Positions 9,153 to 23,147 are shown, counted from the first letter of the stretch. The stretch: 64,000 bases of DNA from Malacoraja senta (GCA_038087875.1 JAXLNO010000161.1:62001-126000); one strand, 5' to 3'. The notes: a model not told the origin generated them from the letters alone. Translations and numbers: made by a program.

Positions 9153-12100
9153 ATGGCTTCCTCTTGCCGAAAGCCTGCGCAGCTTATCTTTGATTCGGAT
9201 ACCGGTGAGCGCTGGGCTACTTTTGAAATGGATTACTGGCACTACATGAACATTGTGCATTTTTACCATATAACCATATAACCATTACAGCACGGAAACA
9301 GGCCATCTGGGCCCTTCAAGTCCGTGCCGAACTTTTTTTTAATGTTTTTAAATAAATACTTCCCCCTAGTCCCATCTACCTGCACTCAGACCATAACCCT
9401 CCATTCCTTTCCCGTCCATATACCCATCCAATCTATTTTTAAAGGATAAAATCGAACCAGCCTCCACCACTTCCACTGGAAGCTCATTCCACACAGCTAC
9501 CACTCTCTGAGTAAAGAAGTTCCCCCTAATGTTACCCCTAAACTTCTGTCCCTTAATTCTCAAGTCATGTCCCCCTGTTTGAATCTTCCCTACTCTCAAT
9601 GGAAAAAGCTTATCCACGTCAACTCTGTCTAACCCGCTCATAATTTTAAAGACCATTGAAATGAACCAGACGCTGTCAAAGCCTCCCCTCTACTTAACCT
9701 CGCTGGCCGAGATGCTATGAAACGATCCAGGACTTTCCGATATGCCCCAGCGATCCTGGGTGCCAACATTCAGGTAGTTATGCCCATGGAATCTGCTGAC
9801 GACCCTAATGTCTTCTTACGTACATTTAGTGAGATTTGTGACGTGCCCTCTAATCACATTTTGGAAAGGTCAAAATTCTTTACCCGATGAACGTATCGAA
9901 ATATTCATCTCAGACTTAAAATATATGGCCCAGAGGTGCCGTTTCGAAAACATGAATGACCAGCTAACAAGGGACATTCTGGTGACGGATGAATGATCAA
10001 TAGCTGAGGTCTGAGCTCCTGCGTAAACATGATTTAACTTTAGACGAAGCTGCGCACGCTTGTCGAATGGCAGAAATCATTGACCCATTAAACAGTCAGC
10101 GCGGGGCAGACAGCAAAACCATTAATCTAACTGGATTTAATAGACCACGAGCTCAGACAGAAAACACAAGATTTATGACCCAGGTCAACCCTGCATCTAA
10201 TAGTGAGCCTCCCAAAAGATGCCCCAATTGTAATTATCTGCATAAACAGGCAATCACCATGTCCTGCTTATGGAAAGGCCTGTAACTATTGTAAGAAAAT
10301 GAACCATTTCTCTGCTGCCTGTCGTTCTTGTGGGAAGAAGCCCTCCAGTCCCAGACCTAATCTAAACATGTTGTTGCAAGACGATAACAACTACGACTCC
10401 CAATTCAAGCTCGACACTGGCCCCGACACCAGTCCAATTAATTCGCAAGGGGAGTCAAACGTGTATTCACTCCTACATGCAGCTAGCAAGTTTCCCGACC
10501 CTACAATTCTGGTAACTGTCAACAACTTCAACTTTCATGCTAAATTAGACACCGGTGCAAAAGTCAATGTAATGTCTATCAACCTCCACAACAAGATACG
10601 AAATAACGAGCTCCTGATTGCGGACAGCTCCACTTTGCATGCTTACGGGGGGAAGTGCTCGTACCACTGGGAAGAGCCACTTTTAAATGTGTGCTGAAAA
10701 AAACCACAAGGGATTTGACCTTCTACGTCTTGAACTCTAACTCTGTGACTCTGTTCGGCAACAATGCATGCCAAGATTTAGGACTGATTTCGTTCGACAA
10801 AACAGTCCACAAGCTGCTGATATCAATGGACCCGACAAAGGAATATTCTGATCTGTTCGATGACAAACTAGGCAAGCTGACAGTGACCTACAAGATATCC
10901 ACCGACCCTGACGTGGTACCTGTTGTTCTTGCACCACACCATGTGTCACATGCCATGAGGGACAGGGTTGAGTCCATGTTAAATAATATGGTCTCCATGG
11001 GCGTGCTGGAAGCAGTCAGCGAGCCCACTGATTGGGTGTCCACCATGGTCGCTACTCTCAAAAAGGATAAAAATGAAATCCGTGTGTGCATCAATCCAAA
11101 AGACTTGAACTATGCCATCAGGCGCCCCCACTATCCCATGAGGACAGTTGAGGATGTTGCGGCACAGATCGGACAGGCCACCGTCATTTCTGTCCTCGAT
11201 GCAAAGAGCTCCTTCTGGCAGATACCGCTGGACAACGAGTCGTCAAACCTCACCACATTTGCCACCCCGTTTGGCAGATTCAAGTTTCTGAGAATGCCAT
11301 TCGGTATCAACTCTGCCAGTGAAATTTTCCAGAGAACCATGGAACAGCTGTTCGCAGGCCTACCGTGCGCTATCATTGTTGACGACATCCTGGTATACGG
11401 CAAAGATGCGTCAGAGCACGACCAAAACCTAAGGCGTGTCATGGAGCGCCAGATCAACCTCAAGCTCAACCCTAACAAGTGCAAGTTCAGGGTTTCAGAG
11501 GTCACTGACGTCGGGCACTTATTCACGCGCGACGGCCTCAAGCCCAACCCACAGAAAGCTGCTGCCGTCACAGAGATGCCGGCCCCCACCGACGTGCTCG
11601 GCCTGCAGCGATTCCTGGGTATGGTGAACTATCTTGGCAAATTCATACCAAACCTCAGTGAACTAAGCTCGCCCCTGCGACAACTAACTAGAAAGGACAT
11701 TGCTTGGTCCTGGTTCCAGCAATATTAACAAGCTTTTGACGCTTTAAAATCCAAGCTGACCAGTGCACCAACTCTGATATTCTTCGATTTGAAACTTCCC
11801 GTGACTATCACCTGTGATGCCTCGCGATTCAGGCTCGGTGCAGCCTGCCTACAGCCATCTGCTGATGGTACCTTGCTCCCTGTTTCATATGCCTCCCGTA
11901 CCATGACCGACACAGAACAGCGCTACGCACAGATCGAGAAGGAGCTTCTGGCTGTCGTCTTTGCCTGCTCCAAACTCAATGACTTTATCTTCGGAAACAC
12001 TTTCAAGGTCGAGACAGACCACCAACCACTGGTGACGATTCTGAACAAACACATCCATGCTGCACCAGCCCGCCTGCAACGCATGATGATGCAGCTACAA

Positions 12101-13676
12101 CGTTTCGACTTCACCGTTGTTTACAAAAAGGGTACTGACATGCACGTTACGGATACCCTCTCTCGTGCACCTCGAGCATTCTGTGAACAACACCCCTATG
12201 AACGGGAAGAGCTTATGGTCCTCGGCATTGACTTCGTTCCTACTAAACAACTGCGGTGCCTGGCCGAACATACTGCCGCCGACGCAACCCTCCAGATACT
12301 CTCATCAGTGATCAAAAGGGGTTGTCCAGACAGGCGCTCTAGCGCACCAACAGAGGCGCAGCCGTTCTTCCTCGTCCGCAATGAACTAGTCATACAGGAT
12401 GGTGTTATAGCCAAGGGCCACAAAGTCGTGATTCCCTCATCATTGCATGAGGAATACTAAAACGAGGCGCACAGCGGTCACCCGGGTGTCAACGCCACAC
12501 TGACCCACGCACAGAACCTGTTCTACTGGCCTGGGATTTACGGTCCGTATCCCAAATACATATGGGACCGTATATCTTCTTGCCCCACCTGCAACAGTCT
12601 TGCACCACACCAGCAGAGGCAGCCCCTACTGCAACAACCTCCACCAGCCCTGGCCTGGACGTCGGTGGCGGCAGACATCTTCGAATGGCGCGGTAATTAC
12701 TACCTCGTCCTCGCCGACCCATATTCAAATTGGTTTGAAGTCGACCTCCTGACCTCCATCACATCTGAGATGGTCATCCGAAAATTAAACAAACACTTCT
12801 CCACATTCGGCTCACCCGTCCGTTTACAGACCGACAACGGAAGACCGTTTACCAGCCACGAGTTCCAGCTCTTTGCTAACCGTTGGAATTTCCACCATGT
12901 CACGAGCAGCCCTGAGTACCCACAGAGTAACGGACTCGCCGAACGGGCTGTCAGAAGCGCTAAACAACTGATGGAACAATCGCACCTGGCCAATTCAGAT
13001 TTTTACCTTGATCTCCTGAACCTCAGAAACATTGCCAGAGACGGGACCCTGGGATCACCAGCCCAGCGACTGATGTCCAGGACAACAAGACCTCCGATTC
13101 TGATTGCTCAGCAGAAGCTGATACCTCAAGTGCTGAAGCCTGCTTTAATCCAAAAGCGTATTCAGGAGAAACACGATATTCAGAAATGGTCGCACGACAA
13201 ATCATGCAAACCCCTCCTGCCTCTACTGCCGGGCCAGGTTGTTCGTTTACAAACTACCAAGGGACAATCCCGTCTGGCTACTGTTGTCGGCTACTGTTGT
13301 GGATTATGAGGGAACAGTCTACCGCAGAAGGCGTCAACATCTGCTTGCTGTGCGGGAACCCCGTCCGCCACCAGCCGGACCCTACGCTCCACCACTTCAG
13401 TTCCAGCCGTTCGCTGCCGAACCTTCTACCGATCCCCACATGCCCCATACTCCTCGCATGTCCCATACTCCACCACGAGCAGCGGCCGTGACTAACCACG
13501 GGATTACCCCTCCTGCACACTTCCCCTTTCGGCCACCACTAGCCTCTCCCACGGCTTTCTCGGTTCCGGATTCTCCCCCTCCCTCTAATCTTTCCGGTGA
13601 AGGAGGAGGGGGTTTGGTCTGTACGCATTTGGGCCGCATCAGTAGACAGCCTGATAGATATGGCAAATTTGTTTAA
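9153..13676 (+). pseudogene. Gypsy gag-pol (Gag zinc knuckles, PR, RT, RNase H, IN) with stops and frameshifts
   Basis: CPAYGKACNYCKKMNHF; LDTGAKVN; RMPFGINSA and IVDDILVYG; CDAS and YAQIEKELLA; TDNG and PQSNGLAER. Confidence 0.9.
9262..9654 (-). mobile_element. CR1 LINE 3' fragment inserted into Gypsy gag
   Basis: FFTQRVVAVWNELP ORF2 C-terminus and (ccatataa)n tail; nearly identical to 45307-45726. Confidence 0.9.
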
Positions 13677-14227
13677 CTTTAATGGCATGGGTGCACTATA
13701 CTTACTCTTTAAGGGGGAAGGATGTAGATTGGTTTATGCATGCAACCAATCATATATAGGTTAGCATCACTAACTCCGCCTTACTGTATCATTTATATTA
13801 ACACCTACTTCCTATGCTACGCAGTTTGGTAGCAGACAGGATGCAGTGACAACTAACATGCTACTGTGCTGTTAAGTCTGTATGTGGATTAAAGATGGTC
13901 TTAAATTACGTGTTGTGTAGATGTCATATTTACAAAACTTTTTCAAGAAATACATATACAAGGCTCAATCAGCTTAGTCTTTTATTTAACATCTCTTTCT
14001 TTAAATGCACATTAGAAAATACCAATCTCAATCATGTGTGGAATTGCTATTATAAATGGCATGATCGAATATTTCTCAACTGTGATTATAGTGCAAGCAG
14101 AATGCTATGACGTATATTTTGTTGAAGAAAACGACATTTTCTCAAGTAAAACCATGAATTAAGAAATCTTTGAAAGGATTTCATTCCATATTTCTCAGAA
14201 ATAAAATGATTTAAACTTTACATTTAC

Positions 14228-14441
14228 CTGTACATTCACAGAATATCTGCCATTCTGATTGGGACATGTGTGCAATCAATTGCCCCTATCACGCCAGGAA
14301 AGCGGCAATACTGACAGAAAGCCTTTTGTGTGTCATGAACTTGCTGGGGAGTTGATGGGAAGGAGATATAGGTTCTTCTCCATTGGGCTATGTGGGATGA
14401 CACCTCCTGGATTATACGTGACATAGATGGCTGTGATAAAC
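14228..14441 (-). pseudogene. PIF/Harbinger transposase, upstream exon
   Basis: tctgcAG|LSQPSMSRII...FPGVIGAIDCTHVPI..YSVNVQ|GTaaat. It carries the first catalytic D and joins AVCN of the exon at 8065. Confidence 0.85.
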
Positions 14442-14489
14442 CTGCAGACAGATAAACAAATATGAGAACATAGCTGATATTTTTATTTC

Positions 14490-15580
14490 ACAATCACCCA
14501 CGGCAATATTTAGAATGGGCCCTTGGCATTTCAATAAAATCAATCTGTATGCATTCAAACGGTCGTGATAGCATTGGCGTCAACCCCTAAGGGTATCTTA
14601 ATTGGTTTGCCTGGATTACTTCGTTGGCAAAATTTACATTCAGAGGCCTGCTTCAGTGCCTCTTGCCGAATTTTCAGATGCCACCACGTTTCCTTTGTCA
14701 TCCTTATCATTACCTCCTTACCAGCATGGGTAAGGGAGTGAATATATGTTAGTAAGACAGGTAAAAATGCGTCAGATACACAAACTTGTCCAAGCGGGGT
14801 GATCCAAAGACCTGCGGTGGAGTCAATGGCACAGCCCTCTTATTTCCATAGTTTTTGGATATGAGAGGCGTCCCTCTGTAATGTACATACCTCCCTCATG
14901 TTTGGCAGGACCATTCTATTTACTAGCATCTGTTTACCTGCTGTCACTTGGATGCATAGGCTGCTTGTTTGTATACACTATCGGCAAATGCATTGCCTTT
15001 GGTTATAGGGTCCCCAGCACCAGTGTGTGCGGCACATTTAATAATGGCCAGCTGTTCTGGGAGCATCAATGCCTTAAGCAAATTATACATAAACAAACAT
15101 TCCCGTGCTCCCAATCCTGGGGAGCTTTGTAAGGTCGGAACTTCGAGTTATTGGGATGTTACTGACGGAGCTGCTACAGGTAAGGATGCCATTGCTACTG
15201 GTGGGACATAGGGAGGTGGACATCAAGTGATGCCTGTCCTTTAATTATTTTCTCTTGAACCTCCGCCCACTGGCATTCCAGTTGAAATACTTTCAGTATC
15301 CATCCAACTTCGATTACTACTCTCCTCATGCTTCTTCTCTGCTTCCACTTTCCATGCTTAATTCCTTTCTTCCATTTCTTTCCTGCCTTCCTTTCCCATA
15401 TCAACATCTCTGCTCTTTTAATTGTCTCTACATTCCATGTGCTCCCTTCCGGCCAGGCTTCATCCCCTAACCGTTTGGTCAACTTGTAACAACATTCTAA
15501 ATTGCTTATTATACTTAGGATTCAAATAACACATATATTGGACGGGGGTTCCCCCTTCACTGTTATCCTGAGAATTTCCC

Positions 15581-15582
<2 letters not shown>
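14490..15582 (-). mobile_element. Internally deleted class-I (gamma/epsilon-like) endogenous retrovirus fragment: gag MA and late domain, RNase H C-terminus, integrase N-terminus
   Basis: MGNSQ... at 15582; AWPEGSTW; PPPY at 15208-15219; LLKALMLPEQLAIIKCAAH...ITKGNAFAD; HSLTH...CKFC; RPFECIQIDFIEMP. Confidence 0.85.
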
Positions 15583-15760
<178 letters not shown>

Positions 15761-16224
15761 ACAATAGACAATAGATGCAGGACAATAGACCCATTCGGCC
15801 CTACGAGCCAGCACCGCCATTCAATGTGATCATGGCTGATCATCCCCAATCAGTACCCCGTTCCTGCCTTCTCCCCATATCCCCTGACTCCACTATTTTT
15901 AAGAGCCCTTATCTAGCTCTCCCTTGAAAGCATCCAGAGAACCTGCCTCCACCGCCCTTTGAGAAAAAAAATTCCACACACTCACCTCTCTCTAGCGTGT
16001 CCAAGCCCTTTACAATCTTATATGTTTCAATGAGATATCTTCTCATCCTTCTAACCTCCAGAGTGTACAAGCCCAGCTGCTCCATTCTCTCAGCATATGA
16101 CAGTCCCGCCATCCTGGAAATTAACCTTGTAAACCTATGCTGCACTCCCTCTATAGCAAGAATGTCCTTCCTCAAATTAGGGGACCAAAACTGCACACAA
16201 TACTCCATGTGTGGTCTCACTAGG

Positions 16225-19200
16225 TGTAAAGAAGCTGAGTCTGACTCACTTGTAGCTTTACTTGACGTTTAATGATAAGACAGGTTAAACACTTTCCAGC
16301 ACTGACGGCACCCAATCTGTCATCAGGCTGGAACCAAGGGAGGAGCACACGGGAGATAGAGTTGTTATACTTGATAACTAAGGCGTGGTTAGTGGTACTG
16401 AGGTAGCTATATTATTGGTTGCATGCATAAACCATCTACATCCTTCCCCTTAGAATCAAATGCACATGGAGGCAATCAGGATAGTGCTATTACAATAAAC
16501 GTGCGAATTTAGACAAAGTCGCCGTAATGGACAGGCGGCTTAACAATGCGACCCGAACGCGTAAGTACAGCACCTCCCCCCCCCCCCCCCCCCACCCCCA
16601 TCAGAAAGAAGAGAAGCCGTAGCGGAGGCAGGCAGGAAAGTCAAGGGAGGGGGAGACGCTGCCAGAGCGGGAGCGGGAGAGATAGGAGGGGAAGGACGTG
16701 CAGGAGGTGACAGCGACCGGCCAAGACCAGGAGGCAGCGAAACAGGAGACCGCAATAAGCGAGGGGAATGGGGCATGCATGGAGCAGCAGAGTGATCAGC
16801 GGCAGCAGGTGGAAACGACAACGGAGGAGCATAAGTAGTCGCAGGAGGAGGCTTTGGCTCGTTGACGGCCAACTGGTGCTGACGGCTGCGTCGGTAGGGA
16901 GTCCCTTCGTAATCCACCAGGTACGACCTTGGAGAGTCGTCCACGCCAGTCACCGTCGCGAGGCGGGAATAGCCGGTGGTGGTCTGCATCCGAACGACCT
17001 GCCCGGGTAGCAGAGGCAGCAGAGGGCGGCAGGACCTGTCGTGGGAACGCCGTTGAAGTTCATGTTTATGATCGATCCGTCTTTGGACTGTGGCAGGATC
17101 GAACACTTTGGGTATCAGGGACTGCTGGGCGATGGGCATGGGTTGGTCTTGTCACTCTGGACATCAGACGTTGGGCAGGGGAACCCATAAGCGGGTCCCG
17201 TGAAACGTTACGTATGTTAAGTAAGTCCAGGTAAATATCGCTGTTTGATAGGCGGGACTGCTCCATGAGGCCCTTAGCACTCCGCACGGCCCGTTCGGCC
17301 AGGCCGTTACTCTGAGGGTACTCCGGGCTGCTGGTGTAGTGATGGAAGTTCCACCTTGCAGCGAAAGCTTTGAACTCGGCACTTGTGAATTGCGGTCCAT
17401 TGTCGGTCAGTAAGCGGACAGGGACGCCGTGGTCGGCGAAATGCTGACGCATCTTTGCGATGACCCTCCCGGAGGTGGCGGACGGAAGGTGGTCAATGTC
17501 GAACCAATTGGAGAATGAGTCCACCAGGACGAGAAAGTGCTTACCCCGCCATTCGAATATGTCAGCAGCCAGCGATGTCGAAGGCATGGCTGGCGCCGGT
17601 TGCTGCAGAAGAGGTTGACGCTGCTGGTGTGGGGTAAGGTTGTTGCAGGAGGCACAGGAGACACCCGGTTCCTGATGTAGTTGGCCATGCCAGGCCAGTA
17701 GAACTGTCCTTGGGCATGCGAAACAGTGGCCTCGACTCCAGGATGACCACTGTGGGCTGCGTTGTAGTATAGATCGTATAGAGAGGCTGGGACCACAACT
17801 TTGTGGCCTTTGACGATAACCACATCCTGGATCACCAGCTCGTCGCGGACCAGGAAGGAACGGTAGTGCGCCCGATGGCAAATTGTTACGTTTGACGGGC
17901 CACCCGCGCTTGATGATGGCAGCCAGCTGCTGTAGTGCGGGGTCCGCGGCGGTGTGCTCGATCAGGCTCTGTAGCTGCTTGGTTGGAACAAAGTTGACAT
18001 TAAGTACGAGTAGGTTTTCCTGCTCGTAAGGGTGGCGGTCACAGGATGCCCGTGTGGCGCGAGAAAGTGTGTCACCAACATGCATCTCCGTTCCCTTCTT
18101 GTATGTGATTTCAAAATCAAAACGCTGGAGTTGCGGCATCATACGTTGTAATCTGGAAGGGGCAACATGTATGGGTTTGTTAAGAATGGTTACCAGTGGC
18201 TGGTGGTCGGTCTCGACTGTGAATCTACAGCCAAAGAGAAAGTCTTTGAATTTGGAACAAGCAAACACCACAGCCAGGAGCTCCTTCTCGATCTGAGCAT
18301 ATCGTTGCTCCGTGTCGGTCATGGTCCGAGAGGCATACGAGACCGGTAGCAGGGAGCCGTCGCCGTAGAGCTGCAGGCAAGCAGCACCTAGTCCAAAACG
18401 AGAGGCATCACAGGTGACAACAATGCGACGGCGCAGGTCGAAGAATTTGAGTGTTGGGGTGCTGATCAGCTTAGACTTCAGACATTCGAAAGCCTTGCTG
18501 GTGTTGTGGAAACCAGGACCAGGCGATGCCTTTCTTAGTTAGTTGCCTCAGGGATGATCTCAGCTCACTGAGATTCGGTACAAACTTCCCGAGGTAGTTG
18601 ACCATGCCCAGGAATCGTTGTAGACCAAGCACGTCAGTTGGGGCTGGCATTTCGGATATTGCAATAGTCTTTTGCGGGTCGGGCTTCAGTCCCTTGGAAG
18701 TGAAGATGTGCCCGACGTACGGCACCTCTGAGACACGGAACCGGCACTTATTTCTTGTTCAGTTTTAAGTTGATCTGCCGGGCACGGTCCAGGACTTTGC
18801 GGAGGTTCTTATCATGTTCGGTGGCATTCTCCCCATAAACTAGGATGTCGTCAACGATGATGGCGCAAGGCATGCCAGCGAACAACTGTTCCATGGATCG
18901 CTGAAACACTTCACTGGCAGAGTTAATACCGAATGGCATCCGTAGAAACTTATATCTGCCATAAGGAGTGGAAAATGTTGTCAGGTCGGAGGAGCGCTTA
19001 TCGAGTGGTATTTGCCACAAAGAGCTTTTTGCATCAAGGACAGAAAACACCATAGCTTGGCCGACCTGAGCTGCGACGTCCTCTACGGTTCTCATGTGGT
19101 AGTGTGGCCGCCTGATCGCGAGGTTCAGGTCTTTGGGGTTGATACACACCCGTATCTCGTTTTTGTCCTTTTTCAGGGTAGCAACCATGGTGGAGACCCA

Positions 19201-21009
19201 CTCTGTGGCTCGCTCACTGCTTCCAGCACCCCCATTGTAACCATGCTCTTCAGCATCGCTTCCACTTTATCCTTTAAAGCGAGGGATGCTCTGTGTGGTG
19301 CACGGACCACTGGCACCACTTTGGGGTCGGTGACAATCTTGTAGACAAGGGGCAGTTTGCCCAGTTCATTATCAAACAGGTCCGGGTACTCGGATAACGG
19401 ATCCATTGGCAACCGTATTTCGTGGACAGTGCGATCGAAGGACACTAGTCCCAGGTCTTGGCACGCCTGGTTGCCCAACAGAGTCACACAATCAGAATCC
19501 AGAACATAAAACATGAGAGGCCGCGATAACTTTTGCAGCACACAATTAAAAGTTGCCTTTCCCACAGGTTTCAGTACCTCGCCCCCATAGGCACGTAAGG
19601 TCGAACGGTCTGAAGTCAGTGGTTCATTGTGTCTAATCTTTCTGAACAGGTTTGTTGACATAACATTGACTTTTGCCCCCGTGTCGAGTTTGGCTGTGAA
19701 CGGACAGTTGTTGACGGTAACGAGGACCGATGGATCGGGGAGGCGAGCAGGTGCGTGTAGGAGTGTAAATATACTAGCATCTCCTTGAGAACTAATTGCC
19801 ACAGAGTCGTGGGCAGTGTCGAGAGAGGACTGGAAACCAAAATCGCTATCAACTTGTGCTAGGTTGTTTAATACTTGTCTAGGAACAGGTGGCAGGTTCC
19901 CACGAGAACGGCAAAACCGCCGAGAAGTGATTCAATCTCTTGCAGAAATTACATGATTTACCATAAGCCGGACACTGCGATTGCATTGAATGTACATAGT
20001 TACAATTAGGGCACCTTTTAACCACCCGTCCTCCGGGGCCATAACCTGCCCGCGGCGCGGGTCTAGCGTTATCTATTTTGGGACGTGGTCTGTTGAGACC
20101 AGTTAAATTGACCGATCGACCATCAGTGCCCCTTTGTCCGAACAACGGGTCAACGACTTCAGCCAACCTGCATGCATGCATTGCGTCTGTCAGAGTAAGA
20201 TCCGGCCTCCTTAGTAGCTCGGATCGCAGTCTCTTATCCAGCATACCTGTCACTAAAATGTCCCTGGTTAGCTGGTCAGTCATGTTTTCAAATCGGCATC
20301 GCTGTCCGAGATAACGCTGATCCGCAATAAAGCATTCAACAGGTTCGTCGGGCTGTTGCTTTCTCGTGAAAAACTTTGATCGCTCTAAAATACGGTTCGA
20401 GGGCAAGTCGCAAATTTCGGCAAATTTTCGCAATAGACATATTGAGTCGTTTGCAGACTCCGCAGGTACCTGAATCAGGTCGTTCGTATTCCGGACCTCG
20501 GGATCATAGGCAAAGGCTCGTGCTCTCCTCATGGCATCTAGACCCGCAAGGTTCAGTAGGAGAGAAGCTTTAACAATATCGGGATCGTTGCGATGCACGA
20601 TATTGATGTCATGAGTGAAGTCCATTTCAAAAGTCGCCCAGCGTTCAGCTATGTCAGCATCAAAGACCAGGGGCGAGGGTTTGCGGCACGAGGATGCCAT
20701 GGCCAAAAAGTCACAAAACTCCGATAAAGCAACACTTTCAAAGGGAAAAAAACACGATATACAGGAGGCGCGCGTTTAAACTTGCTAACACCATGTAAAG
20801 AAGCTGAGTCTGACTCACTTGTAGCTTTACTTGACGTTTAATAATAAGACAGGTTAAACACTTTCCAGCACTGACTGCACCCAGTCTGTCATCATGCTGG
20901 AACCAAGGGAGGAGCACACGGGAGATAGAGTTCTTATACTTGATAACTAAGGCGTGGTTAGTGGTACTGAGGTAGCTATATTATTGGTTGCATGCATAAA
21001 CCATCTACA
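16225..21009 (-). mobile_element. Gypsy/Ty3 LTR retrotransposon (Mag-like), full length
   Basis: 216-bp LTRs at 16225-16440 and 20794-21009 (5 substitutions by eye); TSD ctagg at 16220-16224 and 21010-21014; PPT and PBS-like tggtgttag adjacent to the LTRs. Confidence 0.95.
16540..20706 (-). pseudogene. Gypsy gag-pol, frameshifted
   Basis: Successive ORFs: Gag (19879-20706), PR LDTGAKVN, RT IVDDILVYG, RNase H, IN TDNGPQF/PQSNGLAER. Confidence 0.9.
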
Positions 21010-22739
21010 CTAGGGCTCTGTACAACTGCAGAAGGACCTCTTTGCTCCTATATTCGATTCCTCTTGTTATAAAGGCCAACACGCCATTCACTTTCTTCAC
21101 TGCCTGTTGTACCTGCATGCATACTTTCATAGACTGATGTACAAGGATCCCCAGATCCCGTTGTGCTTCCCCTTTTCCCAACTTGACGCCATTTAGATGG
21201 TAGTCTGCCCCCAACCTGTCCAAGTCACCCTGCATTCTCATAGCATCCTCCTCACAGTTCACACTGCCACCCAGCTTTGTGTCATCTGCAAATTTGCTTA
21301 TGTTACTTTGAATCGCTTCATCCAAATCATTGATGTATATTGTAAATGGCTGCGGTCCCAGCACCGAGCCTTGCGGTACCCCACTAGTGACTGCCTGCCC
21401 TTCTGAAAGGGACCCGTTAATCCCTACTCTTTGTTTCCTGTCTGCCAACCACTTCTCTATCCATGTCAGCACTCTACCCCCAATACCATATGCCCTAATT
21501 TTCCCACTAATCTCCTATGTGGGACCTTATCAAATGCTTTCTGAAAGTCCAGGTACACTACATCCACTGGCTCTCCCTTGTCCATTTTCCTAGTTACATC
21601 TTCAAAAAATTCTAAAAGATTAGTCAAGCATGATTTCCCCTTTGTAAATCCACACTGACTCGGACCGATCCTGTTACTGCTATCCAAATGTGCGGCTATC
21701 TCATCTTTTATAATTCACTCCAGCATCTTCCCCACCACCGATGTCAGGCTAACTGGTCTATAATTACCCGTTTTCTCACTCCTGCCTTTCTTAGAAAGTG
21801 GGATAACATTAGCTACACTCCAATCCGCAGGAACTGATCCTGAGTCTATAGAACATTGGAAAATTATCACCAATGCATCCACGATTTCTAGAGCCACTTC
21901 CTTAAGTACCCTGGGATGCAAACCATCAGGCCCTGGGGATTTTTCAGTCTTCAGTCCAATCAGTCTATCCACACCATTTCCTGCCTAATGTGGATTTCCA
22001 TCAGTTCCTCCGTCACCCCAGATCCTCTGGCCACTACTATATCAGAAAGATTGTTTGTGTCCTCCTTAGTGAAGTACCTGTTCGACTCATCTGCCATTTC
22101 CTTGTTCCCCATAATAAATTCACCTTGTTCGGTCTTCAAGGCTCCAACTTTGGTCTTAACTAATTTATTTCCTCTTCACATACCTAAAGAAGCTTTTACT
22201 ATCCTGCTTTATATTCTTGGCAAGCTTACCTTCGTACCTCGTCTTTTCTCCCCGTATTGTCTTTTTGGTTATCTTCTGTTGTTCTTTATACATACCCAAT
22301 CCTCTTGCTTCCCGCTCATCTTTGCTACTTTGTACTTCTTCGCTTTAATTTTTATACTGTCCCTGACGTCCCTGGTCAGCCATGGTCGTCCCTGTCTCCA
22401 TTTGGAATCTTTCTTCCTCCTCGGAATGAACTGATCCTGCACCTTCTGTATTATTCCTAGAAACACCTGCCATTGTTGTTCCACTGTCATCTCTGCTAGG
22501 GTATCTTTCCAGTCAACTTTGGCCATCCCCTCCCTCATGGCCCCATAGTCCCCTTTATTTAACTGCAACACTGACACTTCCGATCTACTCATCTCCCTCT
22601 CCAATTGTAAACTAAACCTGACCATGTTATGGTCACTGCCTCCTAATGGCTCATCAACCTTGAGGTCCTTTATCAAATCCTGTTCATTACATAACACTAA
22701 ATCCAGAATTGCCTTCTCCCTGAGAGAGGGGGAGGGAGA

Positions 22740-23075
22740 GAAAGTCTCATTCCCGGCCTAGTTCTTAGGCTTTGTGCCCGTCTTGAGTTTCTGGCCTCAA
22801 AAGCCTGGTTCTTGGCCTAGTTCTTAGGCTTTGAGCCTGTGTCTAGATTTGTAGGCCTCAAAGCCTCGTCCCGGCCTAGTTCTTAGGTTTGAGCCTGTGT
22901 CTTGATTGTCTGGGCTAAAAAACTGGTTCTTGGCCTAGTTGTTAGGCTTTGAGCCTGTGTCTAGATTTGTAGGCCTCAAAGCCTCATTCCTGGCCTAGTT
23001 CTTTGGCTTTGGGCCTGTGTCTTGACTTTCAGGCCTCGGAAGACTGGTTCTTGGCCTAGTTGTTGGGCTCGGAGC
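22740..23075. repeat. ~59-60-bp minisatellite
   Basis: Unit resembles aaagcctggttcttggcctagttcttaggctttgagcctgtgtctagatttgtaggcctc, 5-6 copies; paralog at 32941-33075. Confidence 0.85.
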
Positions 23076-23147
23076 CTGGACCTGGATAAGCAGGCATCTC
23101 CCCCATGGCAGGGCAAGTGCGTGGACAGTTCAAAGGCCTGGGAAAAG

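Larger units (their letters stand above)
8182..13934 (+). mobile_element. Gypsy/Ty3 LTR retrotransposon (Mag-like), full length, degenerate
   Basis: LTRs tgtagatt...tttaca at 8182-9068 (interrupted) and 13723-13934; TSD aaact at 8177-8181 and 13935-13939; PBS-like tggtgtcaag at 9069; PPT aagggggaagga before the 3' LTR. Confidence 0.95.
15762..22722 (-). mobile_element. CR1 LINE (ORF2 EN C-terminus to 3' end), split by the Gypsy insertion at 16225-21009
   Basis: [43 protein letters not shown] and EYCVQFWSP; (ctattgt)n-type tail at 15762. Confidence 0.9.

Noticed and set aside
6725..14441. Host gene HARBI1
   Set aside because: It has a stop, frameshifts and a D>N catalytic change, and orthology cannot be shown from the sequence alone.
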